Below, one piece after another: positions 22,651 to 36,478 of a stretch of 64,000 nt of DNA; within the stretch, counting starts at the first letter, position 1; each line of letters begins with the position of its first letter. The translations under genes were made by a program, and so were the position numbers. This DNA comes from Azolla caroliniana. Lineage: Eukaryota > Plantae > Polypodiophyta. Below the pieces are notes generated by a model. The model searched no databases, had not been told where the DNA came from, and saw only the letters and a list, made by a program, of their open reading frames with translations. The stretch covers positions 13,454,001 through 13,518,000 of the forward strand of contig JBHGNT010000018.1 in assembly GCA_043228905.1 (NCBI GenBank). The letters run 5' to 3'.

Positions 22651-24079
22651 GCCGAATAGTTCGAAAACCATTCGATGTTAGGGGTCACATGAAATGTGGT
22701 TCCGAAATCTAGTTGCCACGTATGTGCATCTTGACACTATATAGGACTTCTCCGATCATGGAGTTCTCTAGGGAGAGGATTTCTCCTGATCGGGATTCTG
22801 CAACGTTGATTTGGTTACCAACTGGAGAATGGTTCGAGTCGGATCGTCCCGAGTTCTGCTCGAATCGTCGACCGTTATCCTTCATCTTGATCGACCAACA
22901 GTCGAAAACATCATGACCGGATTTTCTGCAATGAGTGCAGAAATCACCTGGTCGGTTATTTCTCGACTTTGACCATTGTCGGTCTCCCCTCTTTCTCAAT
23001 CAACTAGTGTTTCGACCAGATCGTTCAGCTTGTTCTCTCGATCGGTTGGATCGCTCGATCGAATCGATCGAGTGTTGCTAACGTGTCGATGGTGCGTCTC
23101 ATCGATTTCACCGAATGTCCTCTGTGACGATTTGGCTGACAGTTTCGTCCAGGTTCAACCTAGGGCTACTATTGGCGAAAGTCATGCAGAATACTTTCCA
23201 ACTCGTCGGCAAGCTCGATAGGAGGGCAAGGGCTTTCACTTCTTCTTCGAAGTTGATCCCTAGGGAGGAGAGTTCAGACAACACCTGACTAAAAGTGTTG
23301 ATGTGGGAGGTTGTTGGATCGGTGTCTCTCATCTTCATGTTGAATAGTTGTTGGATTAGTATCAGTTTTGAAAATGAGGAATTCTTCTCATACACAGCCT
23401 GTAACTTCTCCCACAAAGAGAATATTTTCTTCTCCTTTGCCATACTGAAATAGACATTGTCAACCAGATGCATCAAAATGGTGGAGCGTGCGATTTCATC
23501 TATTCATCTCCACTCATCGGCTAACATTGGGGCAGGTTTTTCGTTATGTCTAATGGCTTCAACCTGTCTTCAAATTATCAGCACGTCTTGCATCATCTTC
23601 TTCCATAGGGCAAAGTTTTTGCCATCAAACTTCCGGATTTCAACTCCTGTTCAAGATGTTGAAGCCATGTTCTTTTCGAAGTGAGATTTACTGACCTGGT
23701 CTTTTCTTTCAACTAGAGGGTTCCTCTTCTCTTTGCTTTTCGTCGTCGCTGAACAACAAGTCTCTCTAATAGCAATTGTTGGATGATATTCGAAAGGATG
23801 TGTGGAAGTATGTATGAGGACTTGTAAGTATATGCACAACAAACGACACAGATATGTAGCAAAGTGAACGAGAAGAAGAAGGTAGATTGTTGACACAGTT
23901 CAAGCTTCAATGGAAGTTCTCTATTATTTTGTAACTCTCTCTCTACAAGACTCAAGATACAAGATGATCGATCACATTGTTACAACGTTAGGTTAGAGCT
24001 TATATACTCAAACCCTAACTATCAGACATGTTCACACTTATAGATACAAAGTGAAAGGAGTCGACCTTTTATGCCAACA
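22651..24079 (-). mobile_element. Copia 5' fragment: LTR 23777-24079, degenerate PBS, gag to protease start
   Basis: KFDGKNFALWK, LW.KLQAVYE, LLSSLP.SW, FCTHCRKSGH..FDC; same family as 49356-50795. Confidence 0.85.
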
Positions 24080-27000
24080 CATTGCATATGTCGGATAATA
24101 GAATTGAAGTAGTTTTCCCTAACATTTCGAGTGGTAAATATTTTAAAATTTCTTTTGTTTGAAATGTTGTTTCGATTAATGCTTTATGGGTGTGGTGGAA
24201 GTGTCGTTGCAACAAGAAATATGAAGGTATCAAGTTTAATGTGGTGGATATGATTAAGATCTTCTAGGACAACATGGTACACACAGTAAAAGGAGAGTAT
24301 GATAGTATTAAGGGAAAGGCAGAAAAGGATGAAAATTTGTAAAATGTGGTGACCAATACCTCTAGTTGGATGGGCCACATGACGATCATTGGAATTATGT
24401 TCCGCCACTCTTGGTGTTATTATTTTTTCTTTATTCAATCTCATATTTCGAGTGATATAGAGTGAGAGCCTCTTCTCTTGTTTAGGAGTGGAGGTGAATT
24501 AAGGAATGGGAATAGGGTTATCATCAATTCTGATTGGGGGAACTGATTTCGATAATCAGTTTATCTTCTTTTTTGTATTTTATATAATATTTCAAGTCAA
24601 TTGGGTGATCTACGTTGACTTCAGTTGTTTTCATACACTCTGGGGGAGGAACTTTTCACTATTCTGCAAGGTTGACAGCAAATAGGGGGAGGAAATTCTT
24701 TTCACTATTGTGCAAGGTTGATAACAAAGAGGGGAAGGACCTTAAGGATGTGGGGGAATCATTGGATGGTTCTACTTGGGGGAGTCAATCTGAACATAAC
24801 TTTTTTGTATGCTTCTTATTGTGCAGATGATGGATTATGGGTACACGCACTGCCGTTAGGGAGTTAGTATGGATAGATGTTGGTAGTGGTTGAAGTATTT
24901 ATTATTATTACTAGACTAAACATTGAGTGGATATTTTCTTTCTTAAGGAAGAACAAGGGAATAAGGAATAAGGACAATAAGGGTTTATGGTTCAGCTTTG
25001 CTAGAGAAAGTCGTCCTTATAGGTTGAAAGAATAATAACTTTCTTTTTAGTCTACGTTTTTGGTAGAGAAGGATGATGTTATTGGAGATGGAAGCATTTC
25101 TAGGGAGTGATAGGGAGATTGATCTTGTGGTTGCTTAATGAAACTACATTTTCAATGTTGGGGAGGTTTTTTCCATTCTTCTTCGTACATATGAGTCGAG
25201 ATAAACTGCAAAAAATTACATATCATTTTGGTAACATGCCCTACATGTTGTCATTGATGAAGATACTCCGATTCAAGTCATAGGAGTACTCATATTGTGT
25301 TCTTCTTCATCTTGCTGATCTTGAGAATGGAATGGCTTGGTTGTACTTTCTTTACTCATCCAGTACTTTATGAGGATTTTTATCATTATCTTTACCTATA
25401 AAGCTTGACTAGGGTCGTTTGGCACGAATTCACAACATTGCTTGTAACATTGGACTACTATGTATATTGCCTCTTGCCACTTTACTTTTAATACCAACGG
25501 AGGATATTTCTCTTGAAAAAAAAAATGGTTACTAATCTTGGGTTCAAAATTCCAATAGGACCATGAATGATGAATCTCCAGTTCTGAGTACTGATGATGG
25601 GCACTTGGATATAAGTACTTATGGCTGTATGAGAGGCCCACTCCACCCAAATGTAGTTTACTTTTTACATGGTTCACTTTGGGGGGGTATTCCAGATTCT
25701 CTGTAATGATAGGAATCACCATTAGTTTTGATGTGTCCATCCATAATCAGTACCTACATTTCAAGCTATCCTTTACTCTGGTTATGCCACCTGTTGCTGC
25801 TCTTTCTTTGTCTTTGAATTAATGTTCAAATTGAGCAGAGTTATCCAATATTTCCTCATTTGCTGGTTTTTCTACCCTCCTACCACTGAGGGTTTCCCAC
25901 ATGTGATTGATATATAAAGCTTTACAAAAAGGACAAAGAGTGAATAAGACACTTCTAATTGGGTATGGATCTATGAAAACAAAAAGGACATCACCACTTT
26001 GGCAAATCAGAACATAGTATGCATTTTGTGATCCATTTTTCAACTCTTCAGCAATAAGAACCCCCTTTACTTTTTACCAGAGCTCTACAGCATTCCGGAC
26101 AACTGCAGGACAATCTGCATGCCATAGATGCATTGTGATCCATGTTTCAGCTCCGAGTAATTTTTAGAATACTTCACTTTTTTACCCAACTTCTGCAGTA
26201 TTCCGATTACACGAAGGAACCCTAGGATATTTCTTATTAATGTAACCTCAGGGCTCCGAATTCAGGATGGCTCTTTTCCTTTCCTACTAAAATACTTTTT
26301 GAAACCTCACACTCATCTTCACTGGAACATACAACTTTTATTACCATCGGTCGGGTACGTTTTGATGCTCATACATGTACATGTTATGGATTTGGACACT
26401 GTCAAGATATTTTAATCAAAGTGGACAGTGTGTGTCATAGTCAGCCAGATTTTCAATGGAAACTTCAATGGAAACTATCTCAATGCTTGATTACGCGTGA
26501 AATCCAAACGAACGAATTTAAAAGCTCGAACCTTTTTTATGTAATCACACCAAAATAAGTAGGCGTCTGCATCCGCTATACATTGATTACACGTGATATC
26601 CAAACGAATGAATTTAAAAGCTCAAACCTTTTTATGTAATCACACCAAAATAAGTAAGCGATTGATTGTCCGCTAAAAAGAGTTTCTCGCAGTCTTAGGT
26701 TAATATAGTCTTCCTCAAATAGTGCACACCACAATACATTTCACCAATGAAATCCAATTTGGATCACATAAGAGCAATAACTCCACGTGAAATCAAAGCA
26801 ACATATAATGTAGGGGAAAAGGGATGAAAAGAAATGGCAGATCTAATGCAGATGTTGTCACTTCACTTTGGTATGTACATCGCTGAGATATTTTCAGGCT
26901 AATGGAATGAATTGACAGAAACACAAAAAATGGAAATCGTTTCTTTTATCAATTTCACCCAAATCTTTAGGGCTTTCCTGTGGTTAAATTAGGCAAATAT

Positions 27001-27242
27001 GGATTGATAGATATATCATAAGTATTTTGATGATCTTTATGACGGAATCATAAACAACAATATCTGGCTAAATCTAATGGATCCGAAATCACGAAAAGGA
27101 ATTTGGTTACATCCAATGGATCCAAAATCACGAAAGAGATTTTACTCCAACTCTCGCCATTGTGTATGGTTTTGCACTATATAGATGGAGAATAAATGGG
27201 ATGTGAAAAAGAAAGGGAAGGAAAAGGGATTGGTATCATCAT

Positions 27243-27406
27243 TCATGAGCCCTTCTTATCAATGGAATCACGACAGCCTTTTCTGATGATAGATGAATTC
27301 TCGTTGACAAAATCTTCGTGTGAAGAGGATTGTTGGCGACCCGATTGTCGACTCAAATTGTATGCCCGGAAGAACTCGCTATTCGCCTTCTCCAGCTCAT
27401 CCCATA
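27243..27406 (-). CDS. Host gene exon 3, A_thal_3526 family (PF09713/TIGR01589-like) small protein
   Basis: CAG acceptor, then (V)WDELEKANSEFFRAY...KKGS*; phase matches exon 2. Confidence 0.9.
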
Positions 27407-27707
27407 CTGGGCCATTTCCAAAAGTGTCAGAGGATTATAAAAAAATGAACACAAAAAATCATCAGTTCAATGTTATAGTATCTAGCAGAGTGCATCTATA
27501 CATCATCTTTCATCAATTAATAAAAGGAAAACTCCAAATAGACATATATGTACACATAAAGAATAGCAACATACCCACTCTGTTTTTTGTTATTTGGTTT
27601 TGCCAGGTTTGTTTTTTCCCATGAACCATTGGCATCTATCTCATGGTATTTAGAAAGTAACACGCAAGGGTGGTATCTGATAATTTAGCAGTACCACAAA
27701 TGATTAC

Positions 27708-27813
27708 CTGTTCTTGTGACTGCTGGCTTCACATTGGCGCATGTTTCTAGCGATTCGATGCATTCCTCGCGGTCCATGTGAAACATGAGGCATTTCTCGA
27801 TGAGGAGATGGAC
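27708..27813 (-). CDS. Host gene exon 2, A_thal_3526 family
   Basis: TAG acceptor and GTAA donor; VHLLIEKCLMFHMDREECIESLETCANVKPAVTRT, the family's V..LIE.CL...M.REEC signature. Confidence 0.92.
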
Positions 27814-28116
27814 CTACAAATTCCGCACAACAACAGACATGAAATGAATACAAGCGATACAATCCATCCATCAATACTATAAATTTGTATCCATATCCAT
27901 AAACCTACTAAAGGAATGGATAAGGATATGGATATGGATATTATGCCTATGCCCCTCTGCGTCTGTGTGGATGGATTTGTATGCATGTGTAAATTTGACA
28001 TGAAGTAAGTGTTAACCCTAGAGAGGAAACCAGAACTGATGATATTCAATCAAATCTGAGAACCCTAGAAGGAAGAAACGTAGGAAGGAATCCATGGAGG
28101 TTTTCAAGGACCTTAC

Positions 28117-28194
28117 TTCGTGGATGTGTGCAGGAGTTATGGGGTCTGAAGAAGAAGAGGAGGAGGAGGAGGAGGCGGGACGGGAGAGGTTCAT
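28117..28194 (-). CDS. Host gene exon 1, A_thal_3526 family (spliced protein 115 aa)
   Basis: ATG at 28194, MNLSRPASSSSSSSSSDPITPAHIHE, GTAAGG donor; CT-microsatellite 5' leader upstream. Confidence 0.85.
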
Positions 28195-28223
28195 AGCTGC
28201 GGGGGTGAATATGACAAGAAAAC

Positions 28224-28266
<43 letters not shown>

Positions 28267-28932
28267 CTGGTATGTGTGTGTGTGTGTGTTGTCGTGGTCG
28301 TGATCGTGGTCTCTTAAAAAGGAAGGGCGGAGGAAGGTGGGGGGAGGAGGGGGTGTAAAATGTTTTCTTTGTTTTTTTGTCTTTTTTTCTTCTCGTTTTT
28401 CTTTTGTTTAGAAAAACAAATAGATATTTATGCCCCATACACATACATACATACATACATACATAAGAAGACATAAAGAGTTTCAGTTCTAAAACAAGTG
28501 TAACTTACGAGGGCAGAGCGCAGGAAATCAGAAAGTATAACTAATAATTATTATTATTAGTTATTTTTCGAGGTTTCGTTTTAATTGTGTGTCCAATCTG
28601 TCGTTAGTAAAAAAATAAGTTATATAACACATGCATACTCATACATACATACATACATACATACATACATAAGAAGACATAAATAAAGAGTTTCAGTTCT
28701 AAAACAAGTGTAACTAACGAGGGCGGAGCGCAGGAAATCAGAAAGTAAACTAATAATAATTACATAAACTAATTCCTTCCTTCGTTTGCAGTTGAGAGAG
28801 AGGGAGAGAGAGAGCAGGAAATTAGAAAGTAGAAGTACATATATATATATATATATATATAACATAAGTTAATAAAACTAATGAATCATAAATAAATGAA
28901 TAACATACATGCGTTCCCAGCCGCCCGGTTTC

Positions 28933-29163
28933 CACGTGGGCTTCTACCACGTGTGCACGCCCCATTGGCCTGCGTCCAAGCCGCACGTGGGAACTTAGCC
29001 TCTCCCCTCTCCCTCCCTAAATAAAGAAACCCCAAAAAACAAAATATCTCCCTCTCCCTCTCCTTTTTTCTATTCCCTACATAATTTGACTCGACTTCCT
29101 TTATTTTAATTTCAGTTAGAATGGATCCATACAACTACTGCTTCTCCATACTACACACACGTG
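28933..29163 (-). promoter_or_regulatory. G-box cluster with an ERSE-I-like element upstream of the host gene
   Basis: CACGTG at 28933, 28948, 28984 and 29158; minus strand CCAAT-N10-CACGTG at 28968-28948. Confidence 0.55.
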
Positions 29164-32100
29164 TGGCATTCCACCACCCCTTGGGTACGTATGTATGTAT
29201 GTACATATATATGTATGTAAGTATGTATTTTATTTTATTTTGCTTCCCATTAGTTTGGTTAATCGCCAGGCTATGTACACTCTATGTATCTATCGATACT
29301 CTACTATTTACAAGTCACTCTCATATATATATATTTGGCTATAGTTGTGTGACACCTTAGGTCAAACAGGGGGCGGGTAATCGTTGTCCACGTAAGAGCA
29401 AACGGTTGCATGACAAAACCTGTTATTTTTCAACCAGCATCAAAACATAGTTAACAAGAGTTTGAACGCAGCTAGACATTGATATCACCAAAAGCAATAT
29501 GGTTGATTTGTTGGCTAGCGGGAATAGAGCTAGTGAGGCGGTTGGTAGCACCATTTCAGATGCCCTAACTTAAGGATGTATTGTGTGTATGAAGAAGCAT
29601 TACTTGTTTTGGACAAGTGCATAAAAGAGTGTTGCAATTGATCATCAATCATCATCCTTTGCAACCTAACATCTCTCTACCTCTTCTTCTTCTGGGTTGT
29701 CTTCTCCTCCCTCCCTCCCCCCCCAAAACCCTGCTCCTACTTCTCAAATCCCTTACAAATTTGGTAATCCTCATTCATATGAGCCGGCAATGGCATGATG
29801 CATCCCATGTTCTTTTATTTCATCTTTATTCAAATATGATATGTAATGCATATGACATTGTGTTTTGTTATGCGTGCAACAACATCTTTGCTGCCTCTTC
29901 TTTCTTTTGTAGTAACTTACATTGCCAATGAAGAACCCCCATACCCCCCCAATAAAAAAAACCTCAATATCAAGCCGAAAAAAAAGAAAAAAAATTGTTG
30001 TTGTTCAAGACAATTTGTTGCTTAAAAAGGAGTGAAACACAATCTTAAAGTTGTCTAATGCTTGAAAGTGTTTAACGTATGACAATTGAGTCACCTGAAG
30101 TCCCCACAATACCATTAGTCAATGACAAGATGTGTGTTCGTAATTTGCACCCAACTCCCATATCAATGACAAGCCACTAACACCAATACTCTAATGTAAT
30201 ATATGAATTTTTACAATATACAATACCACAAGTTGTTCGTACCTACATCTTTCTTTCTCTTCTTTTGCAATATCTTTATATTCTCTCTCCGCAAGCTCAC
30301 CTAAATGTGTGTGTGTGTGCGCGTGCACTCGGCACGTGTCCTATTGTTCATAAAAATGACTTAGCATCATAGCTTGTTATGCCAAGCATGTGTGCATGTA
30401 AATTGAGAAAAATCAACCCTCCATATATTCTTGGGGATCATAAACGTTGAAACATGGCAAACAATAGACCCTTCTTATGACATTTCGTTTCCAAAAGTAT
30501 TTGAGTATTCGGTAGCACTCAATTCTCTTATGTGACAAAGCATTAAGTGGCAAGAATAATTGAATGTAGGCAGTTAAGTATTGATTGCATCATCGCTCTC
30601 AATCTAACATGAAATAGCCAAGTGGATGGATTCCATTATTATAATTTTCAATTTATCTTCTCTAATACTCATTGAGCTTGTGCTTTTGCCAAAGTATTCT
30701 AATCAGAATTTCTCACACATTCATGATTGCAGGTAATTTGCAACCTTGAGTAGTCATGTTAAAACTTAAAAGTGATTGTTTTGCTCAATATTGATAGATG
30801 GATATCTTTTCCAAAGATCATGATCTTTGAGGCAGAGCCTTATGGTATTCAAGCGGGGCGTAGCCCATGGTCATGTTGGAGGATCTATTTGAGTTGCCAC
30901 TTGATTGTGTGTTTAGTAATTATAACAAAGAAAGTATTACCACATCTAAATTGACTAACTGTATAGGATTGATGAATTTTCAAGAATCACTAACAATGAC
31001 AAAAAAACTACTTCGTATCACAAAAAGGTAGATGCACCATTCAAGATATCACCCACTCTAATGGAAAACATCACCTATGTATGAATCTATATCAAAAGGT
31101 TGTTACAAGTTTGTGTTCCTATGCCACAAAAATTGAAAAAATAAGATTGCCAACTCTCTTCCATGTGAGCTAGTAAAATTTATGTTGGCCTACAACAAGA
31201 TGGGTAGATGTGCACTGCAATGCCCAAAGGAATATGAAGGAAGGGGCCATTGGCTTTATGGAAATCAAGGTATGTTTAGTCATAAGAGTTTGTCTCCATT
31301 AGGAAATGTGCATTGTAGCGGAGATGTCTTCCAGCATTATTACTTGTGAGAGTTGCACGTCAAACTCAAAAAGTCGTTCTTATCACCGAAGCACGACATT
31401 GGCATGTTGATGAAATCATGTTAATTTGTTGTCAAAATTGTCCAGCCACGCATTTTTTGTTCTTACAATGGCAATGTTGCTTACAATTAAGAATTGTTTG
31501 CAATAATGTTAACAAGCTCTAAACATCCTACAACCAAATTCATTATGGTCAACCAACCATGGATAACCCGCTTTGTGTCATATTGTAAAAATTATGCATC
31601 TAGACATTTATGGCACGCCATAATATACATGTTGCAAGTGGTATAAGAGATGCAATTTCAAACCTCAGAAAAACCATTGTACACATTTAATCCACAGTTT
31701 GGGCCCTTTAGATGTCTTGAACTTGATACGTTAATGTATGGTGTTCAAAACTCATATCCCTTGAACTTGATACATTTTGTCTTGAATGTATGGTGTGGTA
31801 AATCTTGAACTTGATACGATAATGTTTTGTGTTGGAAACCCATATCACTTGGGTATAATTTTGTTCTCTTTATAATTGTAGTTTTAGTTCATCTACATGC
31901 TCATTATAAAATCTCCTCATCAATTTTGTTTCTATTCTCATCATGAACTCCTAGCTTAGTTGCTTTTCCAAGATTTGACATATTTTGGATGATACAAAGA
32001 ATTAAAACTTTAGTATTATCCCTAAAGAGACAATGGTAATAATTACAAAAAACTATACCTATTAAGTATATTATATATATAGACTATACTCACCTAAACT

Positions 32101-35100
32101 TTCGTTCTAAAAACTTCTGTTTTTTAAGGGAAACCTCAATATGAGGCAAAAATCTACAAAACAATGTAAGTCTAAAGTTGCCTTGTAAGCACTCAACACA
32201 ACTTGTCATTGTAATTAATTTACAAGCATTATTCAAAGATTAGATATGATTCTCCACCTTAACACACAATGATCTCCAACTTTGTACATTTCTCGTCTCC
32301 ACAATTTTGTTTCTACATTCTTCTTTCTCATTCTTGTTTGTACATGCTTAGGATTGTCAAGTTTAGACCTAGAAACCCCCTCATCTGTTTCACCCTCTCA
32401 TGACTCATCCCATACCTATTGCATGTATGTTGCTGCATCTGTTAGGTATGTTTTGCTCCACTTGTCACAAAAAGCTCACAACATTAAATATTATGTAGAA
32501 TCATAAGGAAAATTGTGTCATTGCTTTCCAATAGACAAAAATGATCAAGTGAGACAAAGCTAAAACCAAATTTGTGGTTTAAAGAATTGTTTTCAGTTTG
32601 GTTCAAGTTCCCAATTTGGAAAACAATGTTGTTCACAATTCGGTTCAATTTGGGGAGTTAATGATTTTACTTGAAATTGTATTGGTTTAGTGATTGTTGT
32701 TTGTCAATCCTGAAATTGTGACTAGATTGGAGTGGTTAAAACAATGATCATGTATTGGCTTAACAACTTATAGGTTATTTTTTATAATATAAATTAATTT
32801 GAAAATTAAGCCTTATCATATTTTAAACTGAATGATTTTAAATAATTTTTATTAAATTATTTGCTGAACGGTTAAACCAATATAGTTTTAAATAGTTAAA
32901 GTTGGTTAGTTTTTGTTTAAATTTCGTTTCTTTAAATGGTTTAGGTTTGAGTTGTCCAAAGAGAACCAAACTGTGGCCACTTGCTACAACTGATCTCCAA
33001 ATTGACCTTATTGTAATTTAAAAAGACAAAATCTTATTGGTATTTTCGCAATCTAAACCGATTGAAAGTCTTGTCGCATAATTTTCTTAGCATCTTGGAA
33101 ATAAATTGTCAAAAAATAAACTTTTAAACAATGAAAACATATTGCATATAGACAATCCCTGCTATTGATATCATCAGTATGTTTTCATTGTTGACAACAG
33201 ATAATGCCCTATGGAAAATGAACTACTTTATGCGGTCATCATCAAAATGAAAATTTACCTTACATTAACAAAAGCAAAGTAACAATTTGAGTAAGTGGTC
33301 CAAATTAATCCTTTAAACTTAATCATGCTAATTCAAATTAACATGTAATATTATTCACTACTTAAAGTTCCATAGGTAGTGAATTGTGTGCTTAACATGA
33401 TTACAATACTATTGTTTTTTTATTTAAACCTCTTACGCGTATTCTCATGAGTTCAAAAGTGAGTTGTGCCAAGAGAGATGCATAAGGTTGTAACACTTGG
33501 TTGCATTAAAGTTTTCTATGTGCATATAAAGGCATTTTGAGTCACTTTGTGCTTTAACACATAACTTATCATTTACAACATATTCCCTCTACTTTTGCAT
33601 ATCAAGAAACTTCATTACAATATCTATTCATGGATTCCTCTTAAGCTAAGATATTTTTCCCATATTGACAATATTTGCCTCTTTGGTAATATTTACATAC
33701 ATGAACCTTGATTAGCTCGTCTTTAGTTCAGAGGCAACCTTTGTTTGATGCTAAAACCAATTATGTATACAGTATACCATAGGCTCCACTACCACCATGC
33801 TTGGTTGCATCCATGTGTTCAAAGAATGGAAAAATACTATTTCCCTTCTGGAGCGAAGTGTTTATTTGATGACTTACAATTATGATTCACAAAAGTTGGT
33901 TTCTATTATTATTTTTTGGGGTGACCTTTGAAGAGATCACACTCCACTTTTAGCTTCATTGTGTAGTAGCAATAACATCAAATATATGGACATACTAACT
34001 ACCATTACAATGTGCTCATTAGGGAGAAAGTACCATTGATATTAGTGTTGAGGAATAATTGTGGGCACGAATCTATTATGTTTTAAGCACATGGTTTATT
34101 ATCTTAATCCAATAGTGGAGGGGTCTCTTCTAGCAGTTTGTATTATCACAACCTCCTAATGCAATACAAGGGACTCGTCCCATTCAATGCCTTTTATAAC
34201 TTTTCTTTACGTCATGGTTAGTGGAGATCATTATAACAATCGCATGATAGTAGAACTATTTTCATATATGTTTATGTCACACAATACTTTTTACGACATG
34301 AAAACATAGGAAAACCTTTGAGGAAGAATAAATAGTCCCCTCTATAAAAAATAAGATTTTTCTCTTTGGGATTGTCATCTTGTTATAAACAGATGCTTTC
34401 ATCTTCTACAAAGCAAACAATTATGAATTGAGTTCATATGAATTATGAATAACATTTGTTGAAATATAGGAAGCAAGAATGGGGCCCTATTTTTGGAAAA
34501 AAAAAAGAAAAAAGAAGAAAAAAAAGAATGGGGCCGTATGATTGATTCAATATCCTTAAATATCGTAACACAAGACCATACAATCAAGAACAATTCATTC
34601 TCTGTCATTATCACGGAACTCAGAGATAAAGATGCACAATAAACTTACTAGTATATTTCTTGAGTTCTTTACATGATATAAAACTCATCACAAAGATTGT
34701 AAGCAATACACTCCTCTTCACAAAGATTTCGAGTTCGGAACACCGGTAGAAATGACTCTTGGTACTTCCATTGAATGAGTTATAAGGAGCGAAAACCTTA
34801 TATCCTTCGTATATAGAATGTCTGTTGTCATTCCATCATTCATAGGTTGCATGTGTAGCATCTTTCAATGTCTTTATCAAAAGATACATCTTATTTAGGT
34901 GTTCTTCTTGAGAAACACCTCAAGGTTAGTGTGAGGGAATGTACCACCCTCTACCCTTTTGTTATTGGGAGGAGGGAAGTGAATATCCTTCACTCTCGAG
35001 TTACCAACACATAAGTGTTATGCCCCTAGTTTATGGAGGTTTTGAAACGCTTACAAAACACGATTGGGACATTGAAATTGGGACACAAAAGAGGATTTAT

Positions 35101-36478
35101 ATTATATCCATGAGAAAAAACTTACAATAATCCCAAAGGGGAAAACCAAAAACGCGGGTTGGGACGAGTCGGGACGAATTGAGACTCAACCGAGGCAAGT
35201 TGGAACAACTCCAAAAATTATCCAGAGAGACAAGAGAGAGCTTCAATATTTACAAGTGGTGAGAGTAGAACTCAGAGGTTAGGAATGAATGAAAATGAGT
35301 TGAAGCTTCTTAATATATAGGCCAAGATATGGTTGTTGGGCTACCCTTTGGCTAGTCATTGGGACTGGTTCAATTGCGTTTGGGACTACTCACTATTTGG
35401 AACTACTTGGGACTGTGCCAGCCCTATTTGGGACTGCTTGCTAGTTGGGATTGCTTGGGTTTGTCCCAACCTAAAGCTTGCTTGGGTTTATCCAAACTTT
35501 GTTTAGGATTGCTTGCTAGTTGGGAATGCTTAGGTGCACCACATTCACCCGGAGCTTCTAAAGCTTGAGTCCCATCAAGCTTACAAAACTAAGTTTGTGT
35601 CTCTATTGTTGTAGTAATCGAGTAACCATTTCTCGATGCCCATTGATCAATTTGCTTCTTCTAAAAAAATGGACTCTAGAGGTGTCTGATCTTAGCCTTT
35701 AACTAAAAATTGAACCCGCCCTTTTCGTAGTTATTGTTGGAGAATGGCCTTCGGTATGAAGGATGTACTAGCCTATGGCGGGCCATGACTCTTTCTTCGG
35801 TTCAGTACAAACCTTTGGATGAGACTTACATGGAATGCATTGAGCATTCATAATCTTGGTGGTAACTCTAGCTTAAATTTTGCATTATTGATGCATCGTA
35901 ACACTTTATATGGTCCATAGAAACGATGATTAAACTTTGCTGTTAACAGTTCTGGGAGGCACATATGCTTGGCACTTACTAACACTAAATCACCAAATTG
36001 GAAGGATACGTCACTTCTTCTTTTGTTGGCTTGCTTTGCCATAACTTCTTTGCCTTTATGGAGGCTTGCTTGTGCTTTGGACCAAGTTTCTTGCTAGGCC
36101 TTCAAAAACTCATCTAGATCCTCACTTGTGTTATCATCACCTTGGGCACTCATAGCGAAAGGTGTCACGACTTCCTTCATGTTTCTAATCGGAAAGGTGA
36201 GAATCCAGTGGCTGAATGTAAACTAGCTGAGTTATAACAAAATTCTAGAGTGTCCAAATGATCTCCCCAATCATTTTGATCCATTCGGGCATAACACCTC
36301 ACTTAATCTTCAAGGCCTTGATTAAGGTGTTCTGTTTGTCCATCCATCTTGCGGTGATGTGATGAAGACATATGTAGCTTTGTGCCCATGAACTGGAACA
36401 AGTCTTGCCAAAAATGACTTGTGAAGTGGGGGTCTCAATCCGAGACTATTGCTAAAGGCAATCCATGAACACGTTCGC

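Noticed and set aside
25380-26350. Possible exon fragments of a second host gene on the minus strand
   Set aside because: Could not assemble a consistent spliced frame or recognise a domain.
27196-28474. ORF-track entries 27196-27624 (+), 27747-28049 (-) and 28046-28474 (-)
   Set aside because: Antisense or wrong-frame overlaps of the spliced host gene and its microsatellites.
29400-34900. Decayed coding-like AT-rich sequence, possibly old DNA transposon or Helitron remnants
   Set aside because: No termini, TSD or recognisable catalytic motif that I can support.
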